64,000 nucleotides of DNA from Centroscyllium fabricii (GCA_051313645.2 JBNRSN020000025.1:32798001-32862000); one strand, 5' to 3'; shown: positions 50,870 through 64,000, counted from the first letter of the stretch. Numbers and translations: made by a program. The notes: generated from the letters alone by a model not told the origin.

Positions 50870-53800
50870 AGCTGTGAGCTGGGAGTGAGTTCAGAAAGTG
50901 GTGAATCTGTAAGAGGTTTGTGAAGTATATTTATTCATTCAAGAGAGTTTAAGTTAAAAATAAATTAAATTTATTAAGTAAAAGTAGTTTGAAGAAAACT
51001 GGAAGTTAAATCCGGTTTTAAAAAGGGGCGGGACTTAGTGCGGTGTGCACGTAGTGCGGTGGGGTGGGCATAGAGTGCAAGCGCGAGTTTGGTAAGTGGG
51101 AGAGTTCGGGCAAGTGGGAGGTGAGGGGGTGTTTCTCTGTTTTGCTTCTGTTCCCAATCTTAGGCTTAGCCAACACTACCGAGGAGGAGCGATGGGGCAA
51201 TCCTAAGGAGGTTGGTAGTCAGCTGGTTGGTAAGTACTCTTGCTTCCCTTTTACACTTTATAACTTATAAGTGGAAAGTGCTATTAAATAGCGTGATATT
51301 CAGCTATATCGGTGCAAAGGGTTGTGCGTAACCAATAATAATAACTTTAATTAATTATATAGAATGGGTGAGCAGGTGATGTGTTGCTGCTGCGAGATGT
51401 GGGAGTTCGTGGACACCATTGATGCTCGCGGTGACTACATTTGCGGCAAGTGTTTGTTGCTCGAGGAACTCCGGCTTCGTGTTGAGGAGCTGCAGTCCCA
51501 GCTTCAGACACTGCGACACATCAGGGAGGGGGCGAGTTACCTGGACTTTGTTACAGGAGATAGCCACACCAAATAGATTAATTAATTTAAATGTAGATCG
51601 TAGTCAGGGACAGCATGGTGTGACTATGAGTGAGGCAGGTACGGGAATCCAGGAGGTAGTGTTGGAGGAGCTGCAGACCTTGCTCTTGTCTAACAGGTTC
51701 GAGGCTCTTACTCCCTGTGAGGGCGGGAGTGGGGACTGTGGGGACGATGAGCAACCTGGCCACAGCACCGTGGAATGGGGGGGCCATTCAAGAGGGGGGA
51801 GTTAATAGAAATGTTGTAGTGGTAGGTGATAGTATCATCAGGGGGATAGATAGGGTTCTCTGCAACCAAGAGCGGGAGTCCCGAAGGCTGTGTTGCCTGC
51901 CCGGTGCCAGGGTTAAGGACATCTCTTCTGGGCTGGAGAGAAACGTGCAGTGGGAGGGGGGGGATCCAGTTGTCCTGGCACATGTTGGTACCAACGACAT
52001 AGATAAGACAAGGAAGAAGGTTCTGTTACAGGAGTATGAGCAGCTAGGGGTCAAACTAAAAAATAGAACCTCAAGGGTAATAATCTCTGGATTATTGCCT
52101 GAGCAACGAGCTAATTTGGCTAGGGTAAATAAAATTAGGGAGTTAAATGCGTGGCTCAAAGACTGGTGTGGGAGAAGTGGGTTTTGCTTCTTGGGACACT
52201 GGCACCAGTACTGGGACAGGAGAGAACTGTTCCGGCGGGACGGGCTTCACCTGAACCGGGCTGGGACCAGTGTCCTGGCGAATCATATAACTAGGGCTGT
52301 AGAGAGGGCTTTAAACTAATTAGTGGGGGGGAGGTTTCTAGAGAGCAAAGGACATAGATAACAATGGGGGAATTAAAAGACAGAGTGTGTCAGGAGGGAA
52401 AGAATGTATGGAGATAAAGGTAAAGTTTTAAAAAGGGAAAACGCAGGAATTTAAGTGTCAAACATATTTGAAAGTCCTTTATTTGAATACACGTAGTATT
52501 CGTAACAAAATAGACGAGTTGACGGCACAAATAATTACATATGGGTATGATCTTGTGGCAATTACAGAAACAAGGTTGCAAGGTGACCAGGACTGGGAAT
52601 TAAACATACAAGGGTATTTAACAATTAGAAGGGGCAGGCAGGAAGGAAAGGGAGGTGGGGTGTCTATGTTAATAAGGCAAGGAATCACTACAATAGTGAA
52701 ATGATATTGGCTCAAAGGATCAGGATAGTGAAAGAGTTTGGGTGGAAATAAGAAATAATAAAGGGAAAAAAAACACTAGTGGGCGTAGTCTATAGGCCTC
52801 CTAACAGTTGTAACTCAGTTGGTCGGGAACTGCTATAATTATGGGGGATTTTAACTTTCATATTGACTGGACTAATCAAGTTGGACAGGGCAACCTTGAG
52901 GAAGAGTTCATGGAGTGTATTAGGGATGGGTTCCTTGAACAGTATGTAACTGAGCCGACCAGGGGGCAAGCAATCTTAGATCTGGTCCTGTGTAATGAGA
53001 CCGGATTAATTAAAAATGTCCTAGTAAAGGATCCCCTTGGAATGAGTGATCATAACATGGTCGAATTCCAAATTCAATTAGAGGGTGAGAGGGTTGGATC
53101 TCAAACAAGCGTACTGAGCTTAAATATAGGAGACTATGATGGTATGAGAGCGGAATTGATTAAAGTGGACTGGGAAAACAGATTAAAGGGTAAGACGGTA
53201 CATGGTCAGTGGCGTGTATTCAAGGGGTTATTTTACAACTTTCAAGAAAAATATATTCCACTGAAGAAAAAAGGGTGTAAAGAAAAAACAGCCATCCGTG
53301 GCTAAGTAAAGTAATAAAGGAGAGTATCTGACTAAAAACAAGGTAGCCAAATCTAGTGGGAAGATAGAAGATCGGGAAGCTTTTAAAAGTCAGCAAAAAA
53401 TAACAAAAAGATTGATTAAGAAAGGGAAGATAGACTATGAAAGTAAATTAGCAAAAAATATAGAAACAGATGGCAAGAGTTTCTATAGTTACATAAAAAG
53501 AAAAAGGGTGGCTAAAGTAAATGTTGGTCCCTTAGAGGATGAGACTGGGAAATTAATGGTAGGGAATATGGAGATGGCAAAAACGCTGAACAAATATTTT
53601 GTATCAGTCTTTACAGTAGAGGACACTCAAAATATCCCAACACTGGATAAACAGGGGGCTCTAGGGGGGGGGGGGGGGGGGGGGGGGGAGGAGCTAATTA
53701 CGATTAAAGTCACTAAGGAGGTGGTACTCGGTAAAATAATGGGACTTAAGGCGAATAAATCCCCTGGACCTGATGGCTTACATCCTAGGGTCTTGAAGGA

Positions 53801-55870
53801 AGTGGCGGTAGGGATTGTGGATGCATTGGTAATCATTTTTTAGAACTCACTGGACTTGGCAAAGGTCCCGGCAGATTGGAAAACTGCTAATGTAATGCCT
53901 TTATTTAAAAAGGGTAGTAGACAGAAGGCTGGAAATTATAGACCAGTTAGCCTAACATCTGTGGTTGGCAAAATGTTAAGAGTTCATTATTAAAGAAACA
54001 GTAACAGGGCATTCAGATAAACATAATTTAATGGGACAAAGTCAGCATGGTTTTACAAAGGGGAAGTCATGTTTGACAAATTTGCTAGAGTTCTTTGAGG
54101 ACATAACATACAGGGTGGATAAAGGGGAACCAGTGGATGTAATGTATTTAGACTTCCAAAAGTCATTTGACAAAATGCCACACAAAAGATCATTACTCAA
54201 GATAAAAAAATCACGGGATTGGGAGTAATACTCTGGCATGGGTGGAGGATTGGCTTTCTAACAGAAAACAGAGAGTTGGGATAAATGGTTCGTTCTCAGA
54301 CTGGCAATCAGTCACTAGTGGTGTTCCGCATTGGGCGGGGCTGGGACCCCAACTCTTACAATCTATATTCATGATTTGGAGGAAGGGACCAAGTGCAACA
54401 TATCAAAGTTTGCGGATGACACAAAGACGGGAGGGAGTGTGATGAGTGAGGAGGACATTAAAAACCTGCAAAAGGACATAGATAGGCTAAGTGAGTGGGA
54501 AAAGATTTGGCAGATGGAATATAATACTGGAAAGTGTGAAGTTATGCACTTTGGCTTGAAAAATAATAGAGCGAGTTATTATCTAAATGGAAAGGAACTG
54601 GAAAGTACTTCAGTGCAAAGGGATCTGGGGGGTCCTGGTGCAGGAAACACAAAAAGTTAATATGCAGGTGCAGCAGGTGGTAAGGAAGGCCAATGGAATG
54701 TTGGCTTTTATTGCTAAGGGGATGGAGTATAAAAGCAGGGAGATCTTGCTGCAGTTGTACAGGGCATTGGTGAGACCACACCTGGAGCACTGCGTGCAGT
54801 TCTGGTATCCATATTTAAGAAAGGACATTCTTGCTCTCGAGGCAATGCAAAGACGGTTCACTAGATTAATTCCGGGGACGAGGGGGCTGACATATGACGA
54901 GAGGTTGAGTAGATTGGGCCTCTACTCATTGGAGTGCAGAAGAATGAGAGGCGATCTTATTGAAACATATAAGATTGCAGAAGGAATGTTTCCGATGGCA
55001 GGAGAGTATAGAACTAGGGGACACAGTTTAAGGATAAGGGCTAAACCATTTAGGACAGAGATGAGGAGGAATTTCTTCACCCAGAGAGTGGTGAACCTGT
55101 GGAACTCACTGCCACAGAGGGCAGTGGACGCCAGCTCATTAAACATATTTAAGAGGGAATTAGATATATTTCTGCAGGCAAAAGGGGTTAAAGGTTACGG
55201 AGAGAAGGCAGGGACGGGATACTGAACTGAAGGATCAGCCATGATCTCATTGAATGGCGGAGCAGGCTCGAAGGGCCGAATGGCCTACTCCTGCTCCTAT
55301 CATCTATGTATCTATGTATCTATGTATTGTGAGAGGGCTTGATCGGGTGGATGCGGTGAGGATGTTCCCAATGGTGGGTGAAACTAGGACTAGGGGGCAT
55401 AATCTTAAAATAAGGGGCTGCCATTTCAAAACTGAGATGAGGAGAAACTTCTTCACTCAGAGGGTGGTGGGGCTGTGGAATTTGCTGCCCCAGAGAGCTG
55501 TGGAAGCTACTACATTGAATAAATTTAAAACAGAGATAGTCAGTTTCCTGGAAGTAAAGGGAATTAGGGGTTATGGTGAGTGGGCAGGTAAGTGGACGTG
55601 AGGCTAGGTTCAGATCGGCCATGTGATCTCCTGGACCAGTTTTTGGTCGCCTAGATGGGTCGGAGAGGAATTTCCCAGATTTTATTCTCCCAAATTGGCC
55701 ACTGGGTTTTTAATCTGGTTTTTCGCCTCTCCCGGGTGATCACATGGGTCTGGGCGGGGTGGAGAGTAAAAATAAAATTGAGGTTAGGATCAGATCAGCC
55801 ATGATCTTGTTGAATGGCGGAGCAGGCTCGAGGGGCCGATTGGCCTACTCCTGCGCCTATTTCTTATGTG
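50870..55870 (+). mobile_element. Near full-length, disrupted CR1 LINE (ORF1 zinc finger/leucine zipper + SGNH esterase; ORF2 APE + RT)
   Basis: CCCCEMWE..ICGKCLLLEELRLRVEEL (51364); VVGDS, GTND, DGLH (51717-52319); LYLNTRS, GDFN, SDH (APE); RT motifs 53750-54450. Several frameshifts and stops. Confidence 0.95.
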
Positions 55871-58468
55871 TTGACCAAAAGCAGCTGTAGGAAAATCCCC
55901 CCCTCACTACCTCTTGTCCTGAAGACACTGACTTCTTGCTGGGATATAATTCCATGGACACCTTCAGGTACTTTGACTCATGTGAGCCTAAACTGAGGAC
56001 AAGGCTATTCAACTGTGGAGGCATCACAGTCAAGCCAGATCCAGTCCTCATGTGAGATTGAGGGATAGTGATCAGAAGCAGAAGTTCTGGCTTATTTCGC
56101 TTCCCTAGACTAGGGGAAACTGAGTCCACTTGTAGTCAGTGCTGCATTGCTGCCCTAGCAGAAATGAACTAATTCAGCACAGACTGAGAAATGAACCTGG
56201 CAGATTTTAAGAAAATGCAGACATGCAAGAGTTTTGCCTCTTTACTGGTATAAGAGTAACCATGAAAAGGGGTCACATTGTGCAAGCTTAGTTTATGCCC
56301 CAGCTGAATCTCTCAAGTGCACTGCAAGTAGGACAGTAGAGGACAGTGACGTTAACTGATAACTACTGGTCACCACAGCGCAGTGGAGATTTAATTTTAG
56401 AACAAAGCAATGTAATTTGTGTTTGCTGTCGCGATCTGTCAGTGAGCATCAGAAACTAATTCTATTGGTTAAACTCCTATGATTTGTTGATAAGAATTAG
56501 AACAAGTGGAGAAAAAATGCTAGAGGACAAACAAGTCACATGCATGTGCCACAAATGTGTGACAATGTCTTGGGTCAAGACGAAAACATTAATCAAGGGT
56601 AAAAGCACAGTGTATATGTTGTAGAAGCCAGAATGACAGTTGCACTGGGGCCTTATGCTTCTGCAAGGCAAAACAGGAGGAACCCACTGAGAGGTGAGTG
56701 GCAGATTTATTGATTGTAAGAAAGACTTGCATTTATATAGTGCCTTTCACGACCACCGGACATCCCGAGGCACTTTTACAGCCAATGAAGCACTGTTTTC
56801 AAGTGAAGTCACCGTTGCAATGTAGGAAACGCCGCACAGCAAGCTTCTACAAATAGCAATGTGATGATGACCAGATAATCTGTTTGTGATGTTGAGGGAT
56901 AAATATTGGACAGGACACCGGGGACAACTCCCCTGCTCTTCTTCAAAATAGTGCCGCGGGATCGTTTACATCTACCGGACAGAGCAGACGGGGCCTCGGT
57001 TAACGTCTCATCCGAAGGAGGGAGCATGCATCCCAACAGTTCTATATCAAACAAATGATGGATCATCTGGTAAATCACCATTATAAATTAAAAGATCACC
57101 CAGTTCTTGCTTTTATCATGTTGAATGTGCATTCTACTGATGTGATGTAACACAACACCTCCTGCAACAAATAAGTGTACAAGGCAACTGTAGGTCATTT
57201 CCCAGTCCAAGCAATTGACTGAAATGCTGTGTACGGAACTGGAGAAACACCATAGGTTGGTGGCTCTCCATATGCAGGCCCTTCATAGCTCGTCTCACGG
57301 CTCCCTATGTAATCTCCCAGTCGAAGAAATCACTGGAGCTTAGTTGACTAAGTAGATACCAGTCTCTCACTGTCCACATAAGCACCCAAATAGGTTGAGC
57401 ATGGCCCAAACCCTGCTTACATCTCTGTGCCCAGTGAGTCCACAACCCACTCTTCCAGCCTGACCTAAATTGCTGCTATCAAGTAAGGATGTTGACCCTG
57501 TGAACAGTCAATACCTAATACTAACCAAATGTACTGAACTCCGCAAGATCCTCACTATATGTAACTGCAAGAACCATGTAGCGTCCTTTACATTATGTGT
57601 GTGAAAACTTCACTGAATAAAAGCAGGAAATGCTACAAATATGCAACAGGTTGATCAGATCCAAAAGAAAAAGGCAGGTTACATTTTCGATGGAACCCGT
57701 AAATTACTTCACTTCCCTATGATGTTTAATAAGTCATCCAAGCTCCTGCACTCATCAATGAGGTCACTTACTGTATACGAACATACGAATAATGACGGAC
57801 AAGTAAAGACCATTTGGTCCATTAAGTCTGTCCAACAAAATTGTGATACCTGGTGTATCACAACATATACACTCCACCCCACCTGAAACCATGTGATCTC
57901 CTGGGAGGGCAAAAAAAATTAAAAACCCAGGCCAATTTGGAGGGACAAAATCTGGGAAATTCCTCTCCGACCCATCGAGGCGATTTAAACTAGTTCAGAT
58001 GATCACTCTGGCCCTGAATTCCCTGCAGTACCTACTTTCTATAAGAGGTGATCTCTGTCCCAGCTAGAAACACATCCAGCTCTCGCTTGCAGGAATTCAG
58101 TGAGTCTGCGTCCACTATACGAGACATCAGTCTGTTCCAGAGGTCCACTATTCTCTGGGAAAAGAACCACCTCCTGACATCTAAGCTAGACCTAGCCTTA
58201 TACAACTTAAATTTGTGACACCTGGTCCTGCCTAACCTGTTTCATTAAATAACCGTCAGCTGGAACACAATCTTTTCCCTTCATTATCTTATAAACCTTA
58301 ATCAGATCCCCCAAAGTCTACGCTTCCCTAAGGTATAGAGTCCCAACTCTTTTAGCCTATCTTGATAATTAAGATGCTTTAGACTGGGAATTAGTCTCGT
58401 GGTGCTCTTCTGCATCTCCAAAGCCTCAATATCAACCACCATGTGAGGAGGCCAAAACTAGAAACAGT

Positions 58469-59219
58469 GGGGGTGATTTTCCTGGAAGTGCGGGAACCTG
58501 GCGGGGATTGGGCGGGGCGGGTTCCTGTCCCACCCGCCCAAAGACCTGGAAACCCCACGCAATTTTCATTTAATTGATTAATCAAATCCCCGCATGCGGG
58601 GAGCCGGTGGTAATTGACTCAATCGAGTCGGAGCTCCAGCAGGTTGCGAGGAGCTTGACAGACATTTCCAGCACTGGTTGTTGGCAGTTCCCATGGAAAC
58701 ACTCCACTGTGACATCAGTGGAGTGGAGCCAATTGGAAAGGCCAAGTGCTGGTGACTGACAGGTGGGCGGGATCCAAATTTTTGACAGCTAGTCACCGGC
58801 TGTCAGCAAATCTGGAAAGGTAAGATTTAGAAGTTTTTGCTTACAGCTGGCCTTGACCCAATGGAGTGACTTACTCCTCCAAGGTGTTGAAGGCCTGGGA
58901 AGCGTTTTGCTCCAGGTCCTTCAACACCTTGAAGGAGAAAGTTATAAAGGCCACTGTGCTCCCGCTGGGTTTTCACCAGCAGGGTTTTAGGATGGCGGGA
59001 TTAGGGTAGGAAGGGGTGAAAATTGCTAAGGGCCCTTCAAATGCCATTACACATGCCAATTAAGGGCCCTTAATGAGCTGACAAACCATCCCCACCGGCC
59101 GGAAGGTTTCGGGGCGGGGGAAAATGTCAAAGCGGCGGGGATCGTGACCCGCCGGTTCTGCTATTTTGCCGGCGAACCTTCCGAAAACCCCGACTCACGG
59201 GGAGATGAAAATCACCCCC
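58469..59219 (-). mobile_element. Harbinger-like MITE family H (751 bp)
   Basis: AGT|GGGGGTGATTTTC ... GAAAATCACCCCC|AGT, perfect 13-bp TIR. Removing it restores the CR1 PHLEYCVQFW-homologous sequence. Confidence 0.92.
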
Positions 59220-60262
59220 AGTATTACAAGTGCGGGACAAGAACAAAACATGTACAAGGGAAAAACAGTATGCCTCGTCTTGTACTCAACTGTCCTATGG
59301 ATACACCCCAAAACCCTATTTGCTCTAGCTATCGCTACAAGGTGTTGTTCATGTACCTTTAAGGATGTATGCACTAGAATGCCCAAATCTCTTTCTATCT
59401 CCACCATCTCTAATGCCTTTCCCTGAAGGGTGTATGAATGTTGAGCATTTGCCCTGCTCACATGCAGAACACTGCACTTAACTAAGTTAAACATCATTTT
59501 CCAGTCTTGAGCCCAATCTCCGAACATATTAAGATCTGCCTAAAGCAGACGAGCATCAGCTACAGTTCAAACACTCGCACAGATCTTGGTATCATCTGCA
59601 AATTTGCAGATTGTGCCCCCAACACCTACATCCAGATCATTAATAAAAATAGTAAAGAGCAACAGTCCCAATACTGATCCCTTTAGGACACCACTGGTGA
59701 TGGTCTCCAAACAGATCCAAATCCATCTATATCTACTTTTTGCCTACATCCTGACAGCCAGTTCTCAATCCAGCTCATTATATTACCATTAATACCAGAG
59801 GCTTTGATTTTATGTGGTACCTTATCAAAAGCTTTTTTGCAAATCTAAGTAGACAATGTCTACTGGACTTCCCTCATCCACCAACTTGTAACTTCTTCAA
59901 AAATTACAATTAGATTTCTAAAACATGACCTTTTTATGAAGCCATGTTGGGCATTCCTAATATGTCCCTCTCTATCCAAGTATTCATATACTGCATCCCT
60001 AATGATTCCTTCAAGCATCTTACCTATTACTGATGTTAAACTAATGGGCTGATAGTTACCCAGGTCTGTCTTGTCACCTTTTTTAAAGATGGGGACTGCA
60101 TTAGCCTCCTTCCAGTCTATAGGAACCATTCCAGAATGCAGTGAGCTATTAAAAATACAGGCTAGTGGCTCGTACAGCACATGCCCCAAGGACCCTCGAG
60201 TGGATCTCATCTGGCCCGGCTGCTCTATCTATTTTCAAGTTCTTAATTCTTTCTAAAACGTT

Positions 60263-60988
60263 GGGGGGGGGGGGGGGGAATTTCCTCGGTCCGCGAGGGT
60301 GGCTTTCCGGTGGGGCGGGGCCTAAAAATCGCTTAGCCGAGTGGTCCTGCCCGCCCCCCCGCCGGCTTGTAAGTTTTGCCGTCCGCCGTCCCGATACTTT
60401 CCCGCCCGCCGCCGGCGGGGATGCTCGCTAAAGTAATTGAGGGCCCTTAATTGGACTGCATAATGCCATTTTAAGGGCCCTCACCTATTTTCCACCCCTT
60501 CCCACCCAAACCCCGCCATCCTGAAACCCCGCTGACGAAACCCAGCGGGAGCAGTGGCCTTGGTCACTTTCTCCTTCAAGATGCTGAAGGACCTAGACCA
60601 GAATGCTTTCCAGGCCTTCAGCACCCTGGAGGTGTAAGTGACTCCCTTGGGTGAAGACTTGCTGTGGGGAAAAAACTTAAAAATCTTACCTTGACAGCTC
60701 CATTGAGAGACGCTCCCTAGCTGTCAAAAATTTGCAGCCCGCCTGTCCACCTGTCACTCAAAGCACTTGGCTTTCCGATTGGTTGCACTCCATTGTGATA
60801 CCACAACGGAGTGTTTCCATGGGAACTGTCAACAGACAGTCCCTGAAACTGTCTGTCAAGCTCCTCGACCCCCGCTGGAGCTCCCTGATTGCCGACTCGA
60901 CTGAGGCAATTACATGGGGCTCCCCGCACACGGGGATTTCATTGATTAATTTCAGGAAAATCCCCTCACCTCCGGGGAAATTCCCCCC
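60263..60988 (+). mobile_element. Harbinger-like MITE family H
   Basis: (G)nAATTTCC ... GGAAATTCCCCCC with the shared hairpin block. Confidence 0.85.
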
Positions 60989-61149
60989 AATATGTTCATC
61001 TATGTTAATACTAGTTTTGTTAGTAAGATTATTAAATTCGAATAGTTGAGTATCATCTTCAAGGGTTAAGACCGATGCAAAGTACTCACTTAAATTTCTG
61101 CCATACCCAGTGAGTCCTTTGTAACCTGTCCTTGAACAGCTTTCAATGG

Positions 61150-62780
61150 CCCAATTCAGTCTTTGATAGAAACATAGAAGATAGGAGCAGGGGTAGGCCA
61201 TTTGGCCCCTCGAGCCTGCTCTGCCATTTAATGGGATCATGGCGATCATCCAAATTCAGTACCCTGTCCCTGCTTTCTCCCCATATCCCTTGATCTCTTT
61301 AGCCTTAAGAAATATATCTAACTCCTTCTTGAATATATTTACTGAATTGGCCTCAACTGTCTTTCTGTGGTAGAGAATTCCACAGGTTCACCACTCTCTG
61401 GGTGAAGACATTCCTCCTCATCTTTGTCCTAAATGGCTCACCCCTTATCTTTAGACTGTGATCCTTGGTTCTGGACTCCCTGACTATCGGGAACATCCTT
61501 CCTGCATCTAGTCAGTCTAGTCCTGTTAGAATTTTATAAGTTTCAATGAGATCCCCTCATTCTTCTAAACTCCAGCGAGTATAAGCCCAATCGACCTCTC
61601 CTCATAAGTCATTCTTGTCATCCCAGGTATCAGTCTGGTGAATCTTCGCTGCACTCCCTCCATGGCAAGAACATCCTTCCTCAGATAAGGTGACCAAAAC
61701 TGCACACAATACTCAAGGTGTGGTCTCACCAAGGCCCTGTATAACTGCAGCAAGACATCCTTGCTCCTGTACGCGAATCCTCTCGTTATGAAGGCCAACA
61801 TACCATTTGCCTTCTTAACCGTCTGCTGCACCTGCATGCTTACCTTCAGCGACTGGTGCACAAGGACACCCAGGTCTCGTTGCACTTCCCCTTCTCCCAA
61901 TCTATTGCCGTTCAGATAATAATCTGCCTTCCGGTTTTTGCCACCAAAGTGGATAACCTCACATTTATCCATATTATACTGCATCTGCCATGCATCTACC
62001 CAATCACTCAACCTGTCCAAATCATACTGGAGTTTCTCGACATCCTCCTCACAACACACACACCCACTCAGCTTTGTGTCGTCTGCAAACTTGGGAGATA
62101 TTACATCTAGTTCCCTCATCTAGATCATTTATATATATTGTGAATAGCTGGGATCCTAGCACCGATCCCTGTGGTACCCCACTAGTCACTGCCTGCCACT
62201 CGGAAAAAGACCCGTTTATTTGAACTCTTTGCTTCCTGTCTGCTAACCAGTTCTCTATCCAAGTCAGTACCTTACCCCCAAATCACATGTGCCTTAACTT
62301 TACACGCTAATCTCTTATGCGGGACCTTATCAAAAGCCTTCTGAAAGTCCAAATACACCACATCCACTGGTTCTCCCTCATCTATTCTACTAGTTACGTC
62401 CTCAAAAAATTCCTGTAGATTAGTCAAGCATGATTTACCTTTTGTAAATCGCTGTTGACTTTGTCTGAATCTGTCACTGTTTTCCAAGTGCTCTGCTATT
62501 ACATCTTTTATAATGGACTCTAGCATTTTCCCCACTACCGATGTCAGGCTTACCGGTCTGTAATTCCCCGTTTTCTCTCCACCACCTTTTTTAAATAGTA
62601 GGGTTGCATTAGCTACCCTCCAATCCATGGGAACTGTTCCAGAGTCTATAGAAATTTGGAAGATGACCAGCAATGCATCTACTATATCCAGGGCCACTTC
62701 CTTAAGTACCCTCGGATGTAGATTATCAGGCCCTGGGGATTTATTGGCCTTCAATCCAGTCAATTTCCCTAACACCATTT
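61150..62780 (-). mobile_element. CR1 LINE RT and 3' end, same subfamily as 7620-9849
   Basis: ORFs 62272 and 61565 nearly match ORFs 8474 and 9046. Confidence 0.95.
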
Positions 62781-63734
62781 CCGAAGATAGTTCTCGGACT
62801 CTTCACGTAACTGAAAAAGCTTTCCCCATTACTGCCACAGTTGTCTACGAAGCTTTTTCATTAGCTTTTTTGCTGATCCAATAGCAGCCTTCCGTTTCTT
62901 TAGTTGTTCCAGGTACTCAACTCTGTTTAGTTGAGTATTAAATGTATTTAATTTATAGAAACATTTCTGTTTACATCTTATTTGTCTTTGTAAACAAAAG
63001 AAAACTTAATCAAACTCCGATGAAACTGATTTTTTAAGAAGAGATCTGAATAAAGACTCCCTATTGAAACAGTAAACATCAAAAGGGAAAAACCATAAAT
63101 GCTGGAAATACACAGATGAGGTGAAGAGTCTCACTCAAAACATTAACCGATCCTTGCTTTTCAAATGGTGTCCTGCTGTTCGCTGCAGCATTTTGTTTTT
63201 ATCTTTTTGAAAAAAAACTGTTCGAAATTGTATGTTTCTTTATGGTTATAAAACACAAGTTTTCAATGCATACAATTCAGTGAAAGTGAATCCTATTTTA
63301 CAAACTCCTTAACTATACATATGTTAAAAAAAAGCTATTTTATAATCTCAACGATATAAAAAAAAATGAATTATAGTTCCGCAGGACTTCAACTCCAGTA
63401 AAAAATTTCAGTAAATCTCCATTTTATCCTTGAGAATATGAAAATGCTAGAAGGAAGAAACTGAAGCCTGCAACATGTTGCCATGACAGTTTGAGCAGTC
63501 ACTAATGAGGAAAGCTGATGGGTATAACAAGTGACCCTCCCTTGATACATTATGTAATTACTACATAGGGTTGGGCTTCTCTCGATGCCACATAAAATAA
63601 ATGCTTTGTAAAAATCAGTCAATCTTTGTGTAGGTGACAAGCTGACCATTTGTTTTAATGGAAAGCAGACACCAAGCTGAAAGTTAGATCCAAATAGAAA
63701 TCCAACACAAAAGCGTAAATGAGAATTGCCAATA

Positions 63735-64000
63735 AAGGTTGAAGTTCGTTAATCCGGCACCCGAAAAACCGGCAACTTCGAACGTCCGGCAATAATTTCC
63801 CCGACTGCCCTGCGCATGCGCAAAATGGCCACCGCGATCAATGCTTCGGCGATTGATCTGCTCATGCGCAGATCATTCACAATAGCCGAGCCGAGCCTGG
63901 CTGCTGCGAGCCTCCCCGAGCCTGACCGTTGCGAGCTTTCTCGAGCCTGGCCGCTGCGAGCTTCCCCGAGCCTGGCCGCTGCGAGCTTCCCCGAGCCTGG
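63735..64000 (-). mobile_element. Tigger/pogo-like MITE family A, copy 5 (runs off window), 25-bp array
   Basis: TA|aAGGTTGAAGTTCGTTAATCCG start, body matching 20169-20350. Unit gcgagcttccccgagcctggccgct. Confidence 0.8.

Larger units (their letters stand above)
57780..61120 (-). mobile_element. Older CR1 LINE interrupted by two family H MITEs
   Basis: ORFs 59860 (DWKEAN..GNYQPISLTS) and 59195 (ERDLGILV). Confidence 0.85.

Noticed and set aside
51717-52319. Open 200-aa SGNH esterase ORF as a host or domesticated gene
   Set aside because: It is the known CR1 ORF1 esterase domain, in place within a frameshifted LINE.
53663-53688. Long G homopolymers (also 60263-60278 and 5271-5285)
   Set aside because: Simple slippage expansions or uncertain assembly lengths; no further structure.

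Overview
Eukaryotic, repeat-dense intronic DNA. It is most likely from a shark or other cartilaginous fish, inferred from the CR1, Deu-SINE, Penelope and Harbinger repertoire. The only host-gene signal is five short minus-strand exons of the voltage-gated K+ channel beta subunit KCNAB2 (19723-19767, 16209-16253, 12184-12227, 11528-11614, and a 45-nt cassette exon GDPFSSSKSRTFIIE at 3261-3305); the gene extends beyond both window ends. The rest is nested mobile DNA: many CR1 LINEs (one near full length), Penelope-like elements, Rex/Babar and L2 3' ends, SINEs, Tigger/pogo-like MITEs and PIF/Harbinger-like MITEs. The most unusual observations are (i) Tigger-like MITEs in which each copy carries a different GC-rich minisatellite at the same internal site, bracketed by NRF1/YY1-like motifs; (ii) a ~750-bp Harbinger-like MITE family with three internal hairpins, one showing compensatory changes, and a captured Penelope-type fragment; (iii) minimal hammerhead ribozyme motifs in Penelope-type terminal repeats; and (iv) a twin-priming-like inversion in a Penelope element. 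Family names are from recall, not database searches, and repeat boundaries are approximate unless a TIR or TSD is quoted.
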